NCBI GenBank assembly: GCA_950097015.1
Contig: CATNEN010000024.1
Coordinates: forward strand, 4,898,001 to 4,962,000
Reading direction: 5' to 3'
Source: Macrostomum hystrix
Taxonomy: Eukaryota > Animalia > Platyhelminthes
DNA: 64,000 nt
Shown here: in pieces, positions 35,783 through 49,800 of the stretch
Layout: each line of letters opens with the position of its first letter
Numbering within the stretch: position 1 is the stretch's first letter
Position numbers and translations under genes: made by a program
The notes under the pieces: model-generated
What the model saw: the letters and a program-made list of their open reading frames with translations, nothing else
Told to the model about the DNA's origin: nothing
Databases searched by the model: none

Positions 35783-38700
35783 TCACAGCGCTTGAAACAT
35801 GTTGCTTTTCTCCGAGAACGAAGCCGGAGCCATCTTGACCTGGGTGCGCTTGTTCTTCCCAATTTTGGCCCGCATCTCCTCCAGGCTCGTATTGCCGAGT
35901 GGGTCGCCATTTTTGGCGCCGGCGGCTGCGGCGGCGGATGGGGCAGCGGCAGGTGCCGGTTTCGACTGCGGCGGCGGACTCGGCGCTAGCGGCCGCTGCG
36001 GCGGCGGAGTCGGTGCTAGCGGCCGCTGCGGCGGCGGAGTCGGAGACGGAGGCGGACTCGACTAGGAGGCGGTGGGAGACAGTGCATCATGAGTAATGAC
36101 AGAGCCAGATATACCCTGATTGGAGGTGACTGTGACACCACAGCTCAGGTGATTGGAGGTGATCTGACGGGACAGCGGGGGTGATTAGAGGTAATCTGAC
36201 CGGACAGTGGGGGTGATTGGAAGTGATCTGAACGGACAGCGGGGTGATTGGAGGTGATCTGACCGGACAGCGGAGGTGATTAGAGGTGATCTGACCGGAC
36301 AGTGGGGGTGATTAGAGGTAATCTGACCGAACAGTGGGGGTGATTAGAGGTGATCTGACCGGACAGTGGGGGTGATTAGAGGTAATCTGACGGGACAGCA
36401 GAGGTGATTGGAGGTGATCTGACCGGACAGTGGGGGTGATTGGAGGTGATCTGACCGGACAGCGGAGGTGATTAGAGGTGATCTGACGGGACAGCCTTGG
36501 TGATTAGAGGTCAGACGCCACAGAACAGCCTTAAAGGTGTTCCAAGTTCTGATTGAAATAAAACTGGAATGGCTACTAGCATAACAGCTCACTTGCTGTT
36601 TGCCTATCAAGGTTACACGTGAGAGGGCTTTGTTAAGGTACTCAAATTTCATACATAAACCAGTTGTATGTAACTCTAGGCGCATTAAAATGTAGATTTC
36701 TCAGCTAAGCACACTACACTGTGTTGCGTTGGTCTAAACCTTGCCTTGACTAACACTGTGGAGAGAAAAAGAGAAAGTTAAAATAACTAGCGGAAGAAAT
36801 TTGCACCCAACAGACCTTTTAACATCCATTTCGAATTAACAAATCAGAGCCTTTCAGCAAAAACACGAACAGAAATCACAGTAGCTACACTAAATACATT
36901 ATTCAGCATGCACCAGCCACAGAACAGCACACACGCGCGCGCACATACACCGGGTATTATTTGCCAAACAATAATATCAGACCCCGAGCCTACTCTCCTA
37001 CTCACTATTCTCTCTCTCACTGCTCACGGTTTCGCGCTGAGCTGAAAGAATTGCGGGCGGTAGCATTGAAATTCTAGCAAAGGCAGTAAATCGTATTTCT
37101 TCTCTTATTTGTGTTTTGGATGCAGCTCGGTTTGTCGGGCGGTTTCGGAAAGAAAGATTTCAAATCTCTCTCCTGCCTTTAGTTTGTTCTGCTATTTGCA
37201 TTTCCCACTCACTCACTACAGACGACGCCCATAGTTCTCAATAAGAATAAGAAAGCTATTACTATGTGCTAGTAAATGACAGGGCATAGCCTAATTTGAA
37301 CAAGTACTCAAGTTCTCAGCATTTTCATTGCACATACCATCAGAGCGTGTGTACATTTTATAAGAACACTTGCGCGCTAGACTTAAGTATAATATTTTTA
37401 CTGTTGGTAGACTGCTTCTGAGTACAGGAGATAAGTGTGATGACCATCAAAATGGCTTCTGAGTACAGGAGATAAGTGTGATGACCATCAAAATGGCTTC
37501 TGAGTACAGGAGATAAGTGTGATGACCATCAAAATGGCTTCTGAGTACAGGAGATAAGTGTGATGACCATCAAAATGGCTTCTGAGTACAGGAGATAAGT
37601 GTGATGACCATCAAATAGAGTGATGAGGCGAAATAGAGCCGAGAGTGATGAGGCAAAATGGAAAACTAACTGGTTACCTTGGCAACATCGGGCACCGCAT
37701 AATCTGCTTCGTCAGCTGGCTGAGGCGAGTGCGAGCGGACCGGGGTTCGATTCTCTGCCGAGGGCGACGGCGAGGGCGGCGCAGCGTACTCTACACCGCT
37801 GGACTGCAAATGATAATTAAGAAATTAAACGCACTAATTACATGATGAGGCATTTATCATAAAAATGAAGTACAGCTACAAAAATATGTGCTTTGCTTAG
37901 GCCAAAAAAATTAAATACTAACATGAACTATAATACAAATACGAGCTATAAATAGTAAAGAACAATAATATAAGTATCCAACTATACATGAACCATATAC
38001 TAGTTAATATTAACTAATATAAATAAAAAATGCAACTTAACAATAATCATTCTTACCTCTTCATTTTGAACTGTCTCAGAGACCGTAGGCTCAGTGTCAG
38101 GTGTGGTAAATGTTAAAATGCCCAACATATCACTGTTGATAACAATGCTATGCTCCTTGCAGTACTTGTAGGTCTCATTTGGTGCCACAAGCATAGTCAC
38201 TTGGTTTGGTGTCTCCTTAATCCGTTCAACAACCTTTTGATGACTGAGGTCCTCTATAAGGAAGGTTGAAAGAAATGTGAAATTAAAAATTATTAAATGT
38301 ATGACCAATAACATGGTAAGGAAATTTACGAAATTTTAGTAAAATTAGCTACATTATTTTGTGCATTCTAACCTTGCACTGTTGTAGATCAACATAGCTA
38401 GCTTATACAATTTTACTTGATTACATAAAGCCAAGTTAACAAGATAGTATTTGTGCAACGTGCATGGTACAATATAGCTAGCTAGTTATATATTTCTTTA
38501 TTGTTAAGAAATATCACTTAGCTATCTTAAAAATGAAATTGAAAGTTATATAAAAATCGAAAAATACAATTCTTTCACTTCTCTCATCAAGCCTAAAAAG
38601 TCAAATGGATAACTAATTATATAAATATAAATATATGTTATCTTCAAACCTTTAATTACTAACACAATATTATTTTTTCACTAAAACTAGCTTGCTAATA

Positions 38701-39071
38701 CTAGCTAATATGATAATTCGGTTATTAGGCCTAGCTATTTTATAAGGAACTAACCAACAAAGCAGTAAAACTAATAGTTAACATTTCGACCAAAAAGTCA
38801 TAAAAATATAGTATACATGCAAGCAGTAAATAATTTCTAAGATAATACTTAATAGCTTTACAAACTTACCGACATTTGCACCATTGACTTCGACTAAGAA
38901 GTACTTTGGACCAAGACCACCTGTCTCAGCAGGAGAATTAGGATCTACTTTACCAACATACTGCCCTGGCTTCCCCTTTTCGGCATGAAGATTGAAGCCA
39001 TAACCAGCATATGTCGGCCATTTTTTAAGAGTACAAAGTCTGGGCTGGGGTAAGTGGGATGGAATAGACAT
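35783..39071 (-). CDS. NHERF1: NHERF/EBP50-like scaffold with one PDZ and a C-terminal ERM-binding tail; exons 39071-38870, 38253-38057, 37803-37678, 36061-35783 (267 aa)
   Basis: [44 protein letters not shown]...VEVNGANV|[23 protein letters not shown] is a NHERF-type PDZ. A Pro-rich linker leads to the C-terminus [35 protein letters not shown], which resembles the EBP50 tail. Phases 1,0,0 are consistent. Confidence 0.88.
36115..36512. repeat. Minisatellite, ~32-nt unit GGTGATTAGAGGTGATCTGACCGGACAGTGGG
   Basis: About 12 units in NHERF intron 3. Confidence 0.94.
37415..37615. repeat. 41-nt tandem repeat CTTCTGAGTACAGGAGATAAGTGTGATGACCATCAAAATGG
   Basis: About 5 essentially identical copies. 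Confidence 0.95.
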
Positions 39072-40614
39072 TTTGATTAAGTGCTATACACAAGTGACAA
39101 TGGCGTTCGTGATGTTAAACTTAAGCTGGAGCTCGAGACTGTGACGAATGAATTTGACTGATATTATGCCTGTAGCTACAAGGACAAAAATTTACTAATG
39201 TCACTTTTGTATAACTAGACAGACAAGTGTTCCACACTATTAATTGAAAGGCGTTTTGCCTATCTTTGGATCGGGTTTCTAATGTACATTAAATGAAACT
39301 AAAATTATGACAATGATGTCAGTGGCATAACAAACTACAACTTTTTAAGTCCATGTAAAACTATAATATGCAATAATGAATATATATTCCCCTATTTAAG
39401 ATACTAATTGTCCTGTGTTGTGGTGGTTTTGTTTTTTTACTTCTCTAACAAGACCCGTAAAATCCTTTTTAGATAAGTAGAAATCCGTTTCATGGCAAAA
39501 TGAACGTTATCTTAAACATTAGCCTTGTATTATGTCTAAACCTAATATTTTTTATGTATCCGAATTCGAGACTTCTGATACAAAAGTCATCATTTTACTA
39601 TCTGGCAGCACTTTTAAAAAACCTGATTTGGTATAACTTGTGCAGTTGACTTAAAATAGAAAAATTGATGAATTGATCATATTGTGCACATTAAGGTTAC
39701 TAATTTCAGCAAGCGAACCGGAATATTTCCATAATAGCTGCGTAAAAATAATCTTAAAGAAGCGTTCGGTCGTGTTCGCGCATAAAATATAGTAAATATA
39801 CCATTGACTCACAATATAACTGCATGTGTATGTATTGTGGCTAATCTAATATTTTTTTAAGTAATACTTGCTTTTCATCCACAATGTGCACACATTTTTA
39901 CAGTGGTTATTTATACACTGAAGGGTAAGTTACAGTGTATATTTTAAAGTTTGAGCTCTTGAAGATGACGAAATCAAAACTCTATTTTTACAATAAAACT
40001 AAAGGTGAGGAATTCTAACGCACAATGGCTACATTATTTTCTTAGAAATCATCGTAGAATTTATTGAGCACTGGAGCTGGCTTTTTGACACCAGAATTTC
40101 GAAAGCTGCAGGGGTTAATGGGAGATTAGAAGGCCATTAGAGCTTCAGAGAACCTTGGCGATTATAGCTAATAGCTTTGCTATTTGTCAACTTTCGATTA
40201 ATTCGCGGTCAGAGAGGACAAGTTTACGCTCGTAGTTGGAGGAGTGAAACTAACACAAACAGCCTCTAAGATCACGCTATAGCCAGAATTTACTAATCTG
40301 GAATGATGGCAACAACAACTTGTGTATTTGTAAGGGAAATCGAAGGTGCGATTTCCGCCTCTGCGTACGCAGTACGCGTGCGGTCTGTCTATGCGGGATC
40401 GTGCCAAATTTACTTACATTTTTGGCTTTATCTACGAGCTACGATGTGAAAGCTAGCCTTTAACTTTTGTATACAACCTATGCAACAATTGTGAGGAATC
40501 ATCTAATCTTGGGTAAATCATTTATTCGGTTTGGCACTGAATTAAAAATGCTACATTCTGCAGTTTATGCATTTTGCTAGTTTTTCGATTTGTGTCTCTA
40601 ATGGATTTTGTTCG

Positions 40615-41462
40615 TGCAAAAGTTTGATCTAGCTTCAGGTTTTACTCTCATCCTGAGGTTTTTTATTGGTTACCTAGCTTCAGACACCTCCTTCTATCCT
40701 GAAGTTTTCTATCTAGCTTCAGGCTCTTCCTTCCATCCTGAAGTTTTCTCACTTGCTCCAGGCTCTTCCTTACTGAAGTTTTCTAACTAGCTTCAGGCTC
40801 TTCCTTACTGAAGTTTTCTATCTAGCTTCAGACTCTTCCTTACTGAAGTTTTCCATCTAGATTCAGGCTCTTCCTTCTGTCCTGAAGTTTTATAACTAGC
40901 TTCAGGCTCTTCGTTCTGTCCTGAAGTTTTATAACTAGCTTCAGGCTCTTCCTTGTGTACTGAAGTTTTCCAACTAGCTTTAGGCTCTTCCTTCTGTACT
41001 TAAGTATTATAAATAGCTTCAGGCTCTTCCTTCTGTCCTGAATTTTTCTAACTAGCTTCAGGCTCTTCCTTACTGAATTTTTCTAACTAGCTTTAGGCTC
41101 TTCCTTCCGGAAGTTTTCTAACTAGCTTCAGGCTCTTCCTTCCAGAAGTTTTCTAACAAGCTTCAGGCTCTTCCTTCTGTCCTGAAGTTTTATAACTAGC
41201 TTTCAGGCTCTTCCTTACTGAAGTTTTCTAACTAGCTTCAGGCTCTTTCTTGTGTACTGAAGTTTTCTAACAAGCTTTCAGGCTCTTCCTTCCGGAAGTT
41301 TTCTAACTAGCTTCAGGCTCTTCCTTCCGGAAGTTTTCTAACTAGCTTCAGGTTCTTCCTTGTATCCTGAAGTTTTCTAACTAGCTTCAGGTTCTTCCTT
41401 CCGGAAGTTTTCTAACAAGCTTCAGGCTCTTCCTTCTGTCCTGAAGTTTTATAACTAGCTTT
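40615..41462. repeat. Minisatellite, ~35-39-nt unit CTAGCTTCAGGCTCTTCCTTACTGAAGTTTTCTAA
   Basis: Diverged tandem units. Confidence 0.94.
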
Positions 41463-41756
41463 ATTTTTTCCTTCTAGAGCTACTAGAAGGCTTTAGATCT
41501 TTTTGATTCATGAGATTTGCGCACATTTACATAAATTTTTTTCTGATTCCAGAAGCGATTTTTACACGAAAATGAAGTTGAGAGAATTGACGAGCTGTAC
41601 AACAGCAAAGAATTTAACAGCCAAAAATGCGAAATATTTTTATTAGAACAGGTCTTAAAATTAAGGTGTGAAATCTGCAACAACTAAAATTAAAAAATCA
41701 CACTCATGACAAAACCAGTGTTAAAAGTGCATTCGTGCCAATGTCAAATTAACTTT

Positions 41757-42962
41757 CTCACTCTTCTCTCATTCCCATCTCACTCTTTACTCATTCTCAT
41801 CTCACTCTTTACTCATTCTTATCTCACTCTTTACTCATTCTTATCTCACTAATTACTCATTCTTATCTCACTCTTTACCCATTCTCATCTCACTCTTTAC
41901 TCATTCTTATCTCACTCTTTACTCATTCTCATCTCACTCTTTACTCATTCTTATCTCACTCTTTACTCATTCTTATCTCACTCTTTACTCATTCTCATCT
42001 CACTCATTACTCATTCTTATCTCACTCTTTACTCATTCTCATCTCACTCATTACTCATTCTTATCTCACTCTTCACTCATTCTTATCTCACTCATTACTC
42101 ATTCTTATCTCACTCTACTCATTCTTATCTCACTCTTTACTCATTCTTATCTCACTCTTTACTCATTCTTATCTCACTCTTTACTCATTCTTATCTCACT
42201 AATTACTCATTCTTATCTCACTCTTTACTCATTCTTATCTCACTCTACTCATTCTTATCTCACTCTTTACTCATTCTTATCTCACTCTTTACTCATTCTT
42301 ATCTCACTCTTTACTCATTCTCATCTCACTCTACTCATTCTTATCTCACTCTTTACTCATTCTTATCTCACTCTTTACTCATTCTTATCTCACTCTTTAC
42401 TCATTCTTATCTCACTAATTACTCATTCTTATCTCACTCTTTACTCATTCTCATCTCACTCTTTACTCATTCTTATCTCACTCTTTACTCATTCTTATCT
42501 CACTCTTTACTCATTCTTATCTCACTCTTTACTCATTCTTATCTCACTAATTACTCATTCTTATCTCACTCTTTACTCATTCTTATCTCACTCATTACTC
42601 ATTCTTATCTCACTAATTACTCATTCTTATCTCACTCTTTACTCATTCTTATCTCACTCTTTACTCATTCTCATCTCACTCTTTACTCATTCTTATCTCA
42701 CTCTTTACTCATTCTTATCTCACTCTTTACTCATTCTTATCTCACTCATTACTCATTCTTATCTCACTCATTACTCATTCTTATCTCACTCTTTACTCAT
42801 TCTCATCTCACTCTTTACTCATTCTTATCTCACTCTTTACTCATTCTCATCTCACTCTTTACTCATTCTTATCTCACTCTTTACTCATTCTTATCACACT
42901 AATTACTCATTCTTATCTCACTCTTTACTCATTCTTATCTCACTCATTACTCATTCTTATCT
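41757..42962. repeat. Minisatellite, 22-nt unit ACTCATTCTTATCTCACTCTTT
   Basis: About 55 units. Confidence 0.97.
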
Positions 42963-43754
42963 ATCTCAAGCTAAAAGAATGTTTTCAAGAAATAGAAAAA
43001 TAGTACTCGACAAATCTCAGTTTGCTCGGAAGAAGGTCAGACGAGTGATGCAGGCAGACAAACATATCTGCCAATAACCTGATTGTTGGAAAATGCATAC
43101 AATTCTGGAATCAGATGTGACATGCTATAGAACTCTACTGAGTCTATGAGGGCTAAATACTGTCCCAATGCAGATAAGCATATTTCTATGTAAAATTTCT
43201 TTGTATGCCATTCCGCCATCCGATTTGAACCTGCCAATTTCTTCTCAGTGAAAATGGTCTTGTCAGACCTTGGCCAGAGGCTCACAGTCCCATAGGAGGT
43301 CTAAGGGGTCGCAATGTCGCATGTAACGCAGCTGTCTCGCGGTGTCAGTTCATCGTTTCGTGTTTTTTTTCATATTTTCTAGTCGGCTTTTAGCCTCAAC
43401 CCCCAGCCCACTGAACAAAGTCCTCCAAATAAGATAATGCGAGCTATCCTGTTTCCCATAGTTGTGTCTTTAGCCGAATTTTTTTTTCTAGTTCTTAAAC
43501 ATATCGCTTGTCTACTTCATTTCCCATTGACATTCGTTTGCCAGATAGCTGTCTTGCTCCCTCACTCTTCTCTTTTGCTTCTTCATCTTTTCAACTTCCC
43601 ACAAATCCCAGGGGAAAATTTCTGGCATTGGCTGCTTTTCTGAGTGTTTTTTCGACTTTGTTTGTCCTTCATGCGGCTGCTGTCTGAGTTATATGGTGAG
43701 AACTCGGGTGGCTAGTTTAACTTGATGTGATAGTTTTGTGATTTATCATATAAC

Positions 43755-45660
43755 TTGGATATTTAGCGTCATATTTCTTGGATATTTAGGGTCATATTTC
43801 TTGGATATTTAGCGTCATATTTCTTGGATATTTAGCGTCATATTTCTCGGATATTTAGGGTCATATTTCTCGGATATTTAGGGTCATATTTCTTGGATAT
43901 TTAGGGTCATATAATTAGGATATTTAGCGTCATATTTCTCGGATATTTAGGGTCATATTTCTCAGATATTTAGGGTCATATTTCTTGGATATTTAGGGTC
44001 ATATAATTAGGATATTTAGCGTCATATTTCTTGGATATTTAGGGTCATATAGTTAGAATATTTAGCGTCATATTTCTTGGATATTTAGGGTCCTATAATT
44101 AGGATATTTAGGGTCATATAATTAGGATATTTAGGGTCATATAATTAGGATATTTAGCGTCATATTGATTGGATATTTAGGGTCATATAATTAGGATATT
44201 TAGCGTCATATTGATTGGATATTTAGGGTCATATAATTAGGATATTTAGGGTCATATGATTAGGATATTTAGGGTCATATAATTAGGATATATAGCGTCA
44301 TATTTCTTGGATATTTAGGGTCATATAATTAGGATATTTAGGGTCATATAATTAGGATATTTAGCGTCATATTTCTTGGATATTTAGGGTCATATAATTA
44401 GGATATTTAGCGTCATATTGATTGGATATTTAGGGTCATATAATTAGGATATTTAGGGTCATATTTCTCAGATATTTAGGGTCATATTTCTTGGATATTT
44501 AGGGTCATATTTCTTGGATATTTAGGGTCATATTTCTCGGATATTTAGGGTCATATTTCTCGGATATTTAGGGTCATATTTCTTGGATATTTAGGGTCAT
44601 ATAATTAGAATATATAGGGTCATATAATTAGGATACATAGCGTCATATTTCTTGGATATTTAGGGTCATATAATTAGGATATTTAGGGTCATATTTCTTG
44701 CATATTTCGGGTCATATAATAATGATATTTAGCGTCATATGGTTAGGATATTTAGGGTCATATTTCTTGGATATTTAGCGTCATATTTCTTGGATATTTA
44801 GGGTCATATTTCTTGGATATTTAGGGTCATATAATTAGGATATTTAGGGTCATATTTCTTGGATATTTAGCGTCATATTTCTTGGATATTTAGGGTCATA
44901 TAATTAGGATATTTAGGGTCATATAATTAGGATATATAGCGTCATATTTCTTGGATATTTAGGGTCATATTTCTTGGATATTTAGGGTCATATAATTAGG
45001 ATATTTAGGGTCATATTTCTTAGATATTTAGCGTCATATTTCTTGGATATTTAGGGTCATATAATTAGGATATTTAGGATTATATAATTAGGATATATAG
45101 CGTCATATTTCTTGGATATTTAGGGTCATATTTCTTAGATATTTAGGGTCATATAATTAGGATATTTAGGGTCATATAATTAGGATATTTAGGGTCATAT
45201 TTCTCGGATATTTAGGGTCATATTTCTCGGATATTTAGGGTCATATTTCTTGGATATTTAGGGTCATATTTCTTGGATATTTAGGGTCATATAATTAGGA
45301 TATTTAGCGTCATATTGATTGGATATTTAGGGTCATATAATTAGGATATTTAGGGTCATATTTCTTGGATATTTAGCGTCATATTTCTTGGATATTTAGG
45401 GTCATATAATTAGGATATTTAGGGTCATATTTCTTGGATATTTAGCGTCATATTTCTTGGATATTTAGGGTCATATAATTAGGATATTTAGGGTCATATT
45501 TCTTGGATATTTGGCGTCATATTTCTTGGATATTTAGGGTCATATTTCTTGGATATTTAGGGTCATATTTCTTGGATATTTAGGCTCATATAATTAGGAT
45601 ATTTAGGGGCTTAATTAGGATATATAGCGTCATATTTCTTGGATATTTAGGGTCATATTA
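43755..45660. repeat. Minisatellite, 23-nt unit GGATATTTAGGGTCATATTTCTT / ...ATAATTA
   Basis: About 82 units. Confidence 0.97.
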
Positions 45661-46032
45661 CAAACCGATACTGAAGGTCACTGAGGCCCGTATATTTAGG
45701 GCCGTTGTATCCTACATTTTTGTATCAGTGATTCCTGGTTATTTACTGTCATTTAAACGAAACGAAACAGATTTATACAAGCAAACAGTTTCAATGATTT
45801 CCCTCATTTCCACAAAAGATCGTGCGAAAAACAAATTTCGAAAATCTCATCAATTCACACCGCTCAAAAGAGTGGTTAACACATGAGGATATTATTCACT
45901 TCCTGTAATTTCGGTTAGTCCAAGGGAACCGTCAATTGTATGTTTGGTCTGCAAATTGTGACCGTTATGGCCAAATTATTTGCATGCACTTCGCTGTTGT
46001 GTCTTTCATCTCATATGTAGGACAGTCATTTT

Positions 46033-46278
<246 letters not shown>

Positions 46279-46883
46279 TGTGGGATCTTGTCAGATTGCA
46301 TTACAGCCAAGTCACTGTAAAGTATCTTCAGCACCATCAGCAGCCCCATCAGCAGGCAGAGGCAGCCCCATCACCCTAGTGTCCCATTCGCATACGAGCC
46401 TATGCAGTATGCTTCGGTTATACATGCGGAAAATGCGAAATCTGCGAGCCTGACAACAGCACTGCCCAGGGCTCTGACGGGACAACTGCCAAAATGGAAT
46501 GCCAGCTGACGTTTCCACTGGAGAGTGAAGACACGAAGGTAGAAGGGGCAGAGCAAATGCTCGAGGGTCTTCCCCATTTGGTAGCATAGCATTCAGTTGT
46601 CTAGCCATTCTGATTGGCCGAATCCTGCATAGTGATCCCAAGTAGTTGCCGGGCTAGTAGGAGAGAGATCGCGGTTGGCTAAGAGCCTAATTTTTTCGGA
46701 TATGACCCTCAGAACTTGTAAGAGGAAGCGAGACACAGCATCGAGCTTGGCAATCGGTGAATCGAAAATTCTTGCTTAGACATCAGAGTGCTTTTGATTG
46801 CTTTCGGCGAGCTCGTAGCGCCTTGTTTCTGGGGCCTGTTTGAGCTCGCTCACTGCGACAACTGACGCACTGATTGGCCGCGA

Positions 46884-49800
46884 ATGCAGCCCATTGTGAC
46901 AACCCTGTGGGCCGCACTAACGGCTGCGCTGGTGTCCAGTAAGTACAGATTTACAGACAATTGTTATAGATTTACCGACAATTGTTATAGATTTACAGAC
47001 AATTGTTACAGATTTACAGACAATTGTCAAAGATTTACAGACAATTGTCAAATATTTACAGACAATTGTCAAACATTTACAGACAATTGTCAAAAATTTA
47101 CAGAAAATTGTTAAATATTTACAGACAATTGTCAAAGATTTACAGAAAATTGTTATAGATTTATGGATATTATGGATCCACTACAGATGTACAGATATCC
47201 ACTACAGATGTACAGATATCCACTACAGATGTACAGATATCCACTACAGATGTACAGATATCCACTACAGATGTACAGATATCCACTACAGATGTACAGA
47301 TATCCACTACAGATGTACAGATATCCACTACAGATGTACAGATATCCACTACAGATGTACAGATACCCAATTCAGATGTACAGATATCCACTACAGATGT
47401 ACAGATATCCACTTGTAAGGAATCTGCAGTTGTCAGGAATAGCTAAAATACAATGCCGATAACCAAAAAGCCTTTGACAATATCATAGGGCACATTCATA
47501 GTCCTGAAATATGCTCAAACACAGCACTACAAGCATTCTACTGAGTGCTGAATGAGAGTTCCCATAATCTTATAAGCAAATAACTGCCTATAGCAAATAG
47601 TCAACTCAAGTTGAAAGTGTTAAAGAAAAATTCCTTCCAGTCATCAAGTGTTTGCCATCCGAAATACTAAGCAAGTGCTGCACACACGCTCACTCAGCAA
47701 CAGAGAGTGCACACTGTAACACAATGGGTTAGGGTAAACTTTTCGGGTATGAAAAGGCGTTGCAAAAGTTTCAGGCAATTTGTTTTACGACTCGGGTTGA
47801 AACGGCAACAGAAGGTGAAAGGAGACCGATAGGGGGGAAGGCGGCCCATTTGCTCCTAGTAGCAGCTGCCGGGTTGGCGAGAGACCGCTCTATTGCGCCC
47901 ACTGTTAAGTTAGTTTCCTATAATCTACTGTAAGAATGCAGAAACGGACTGACATTCAGAGGCTGGAGGCCGATTCATAAAATTCTAGCTTGGGGTGGGG
48001 GCCGCGGCTGTGTCAAAATGTGCACGGAAACACACCGGCTTACGCATGCGCGCACACACACAACGGACCTGGACACTGGGCGCCTGGCTAAGTAACAAAT
48101 TCTGTTGATTCAGACTGAAGCTCTTCTGAAGACCATAACTTTTATATGGAAAGAAGCGATGCTATCGCAACTTTTTAGTAGAATTATAAACGGAGACAGC
48201 GGAGGTAGCGGAGGTAGCGGAGGCAGTGGAGGCAGTGGAGGTAGCGGAGGTAGCGGAGGCAGTGGAGGTAGCGGAGGCAGTGGAGGTAGCGGAGGTAGCG
48301 GAGGTAGCGGAGGTAGCGGAGGTAGCGGAGGTAGCGGAGGTAGCGGAGGTAGCGGAGGTAGCGGAGGTAGCGGAGATAGCGGAGGTAGCGGAGATAGCGG
48401 AGGTAGCGGAGATAGCGGAGATAGCGGAGGTAGCGGAGATAGCGGAGGTAGCGGAGGTAGCGGAGATAGCGGATGTAGCGGATATAGCGGAGGTAGCGGA
48501 GGTAGCGGATGTAGCGGAGATATCGGAGATAGCGGAGGTAGCGGAGGTAGCGGAGGTAGCGGAGATAGCGGATGTAGTGGATGTAGCGGATGTAGCGGAG
48601 ATAGCGGATGTAGCGGAGATAGCGGAGATAGCGGAGGTAGCGGAGGTAGCGGAGATAGCGGATGTAGTGGATGTAGCGGATGTAGCGGAGATAGCGGATG
48701 TAGCGGAGATAGCGGAGATAGCGGAGATAGCGGAGATAGCGGAGGTAGCGGAGGTAGCGGATGTAACGGAGATAGCGGAGGTAGCGGAGGTAGCGGAGGT
48801 AGCGGAGGTAGCGGAGATAGCGGAGGTAGCGGCGGAACAGAGAAACAGAAAGGTGGAACATAAATAGCCCGCCAAAAGTCTGTTGTCGCTAGACAAAGCT
48901 TTGTTAATGCCAATCAGTCTTCCAAACCGAATGCGGATTATTTCTCCGCTTAGCTTCACCCCTCCAATCCAATCCGCAACCTTCAGCAGTGCAGCATAAT
49001 CCCAACAGCCTGAGCACTCCCTTATCCCCAATCGTCCAGGTCGTTTTGCTCCCTAACCTAGGGGAAGAGACAAGAGCGGTTGGAGCAGGCGGATTTCACT
49101 TAGGTTAAGGAATTTAGCAGCGCCAATTGGGGGGTTGGTGTAGGATTGGAGCATTTTTCACTCGGTGGGGCGAGCCGCCTTCGGTCATTGGCATTCAATT
49201 ATAGAAGCCGTTTATTTATTACCTGGCTGGCTGGCCGGCCTCTGTTGGTCAGAAGTGGGCCACTTGTCAGGCCGCACACACAACGGATAGTTGACGATTG
49301 GAAGTCCACAGCTTGAAGCCTGGAGCAAATGGCGCAGTCATGTGAAGTGACAGCTTCTCGCGAGGGATTAAATCGAATTTTCTTAAAAATGCATAGCTAT
49401 TTTTTTATGATCTACGAGTGTTAAAGTGAAAATATCGATATTTAGGGCTCACTTTTTGGAGTAAGGGTAAAGAGAGCGATCTCTCTCTAAAGTGAGAGTG
49501 ACAGCGAGAGTGAGAGAGAGTGACAGCGGGAGTGACAGAGAGAGTGACAGCGAGAGTGAGAGAGTGACAGCGGGAGTGAGAGAGAGTGACTGCGAGAGTG
49601 ACAGAGTGACAGCAAGAGTGACAGCGAGAGTTTGAGAGAGTGAGTGATAGCGAGAGTGACAGCGAGAGTGACAGAGAGAGTGACAGCGAGAGTGAGAGAG
49701 TGACAGCGAGAGTGAGAGAGTGACAGCAGGAGTGACAGAGAGAGTGACAGCGAGAGTGAGAGAGTGACAGCGAGATTGAGAGAGAGAGTGACTGCGAGAG

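Noticed and set aside
35783-36061. Suspected frameshift in the last NHERF exon
   Set aside because: A recount gives 279 nt (93 codons) in phase 0, running from the Pro-rich linker into the EBP50 tail; the gene is intact.
48105-49031. Gly-Ser / Pro-Leu / Ala-Thr-Ser repeat ORFs
   Set aside because: 9-nt intronic repeat open in five frames; no support for any one of them.
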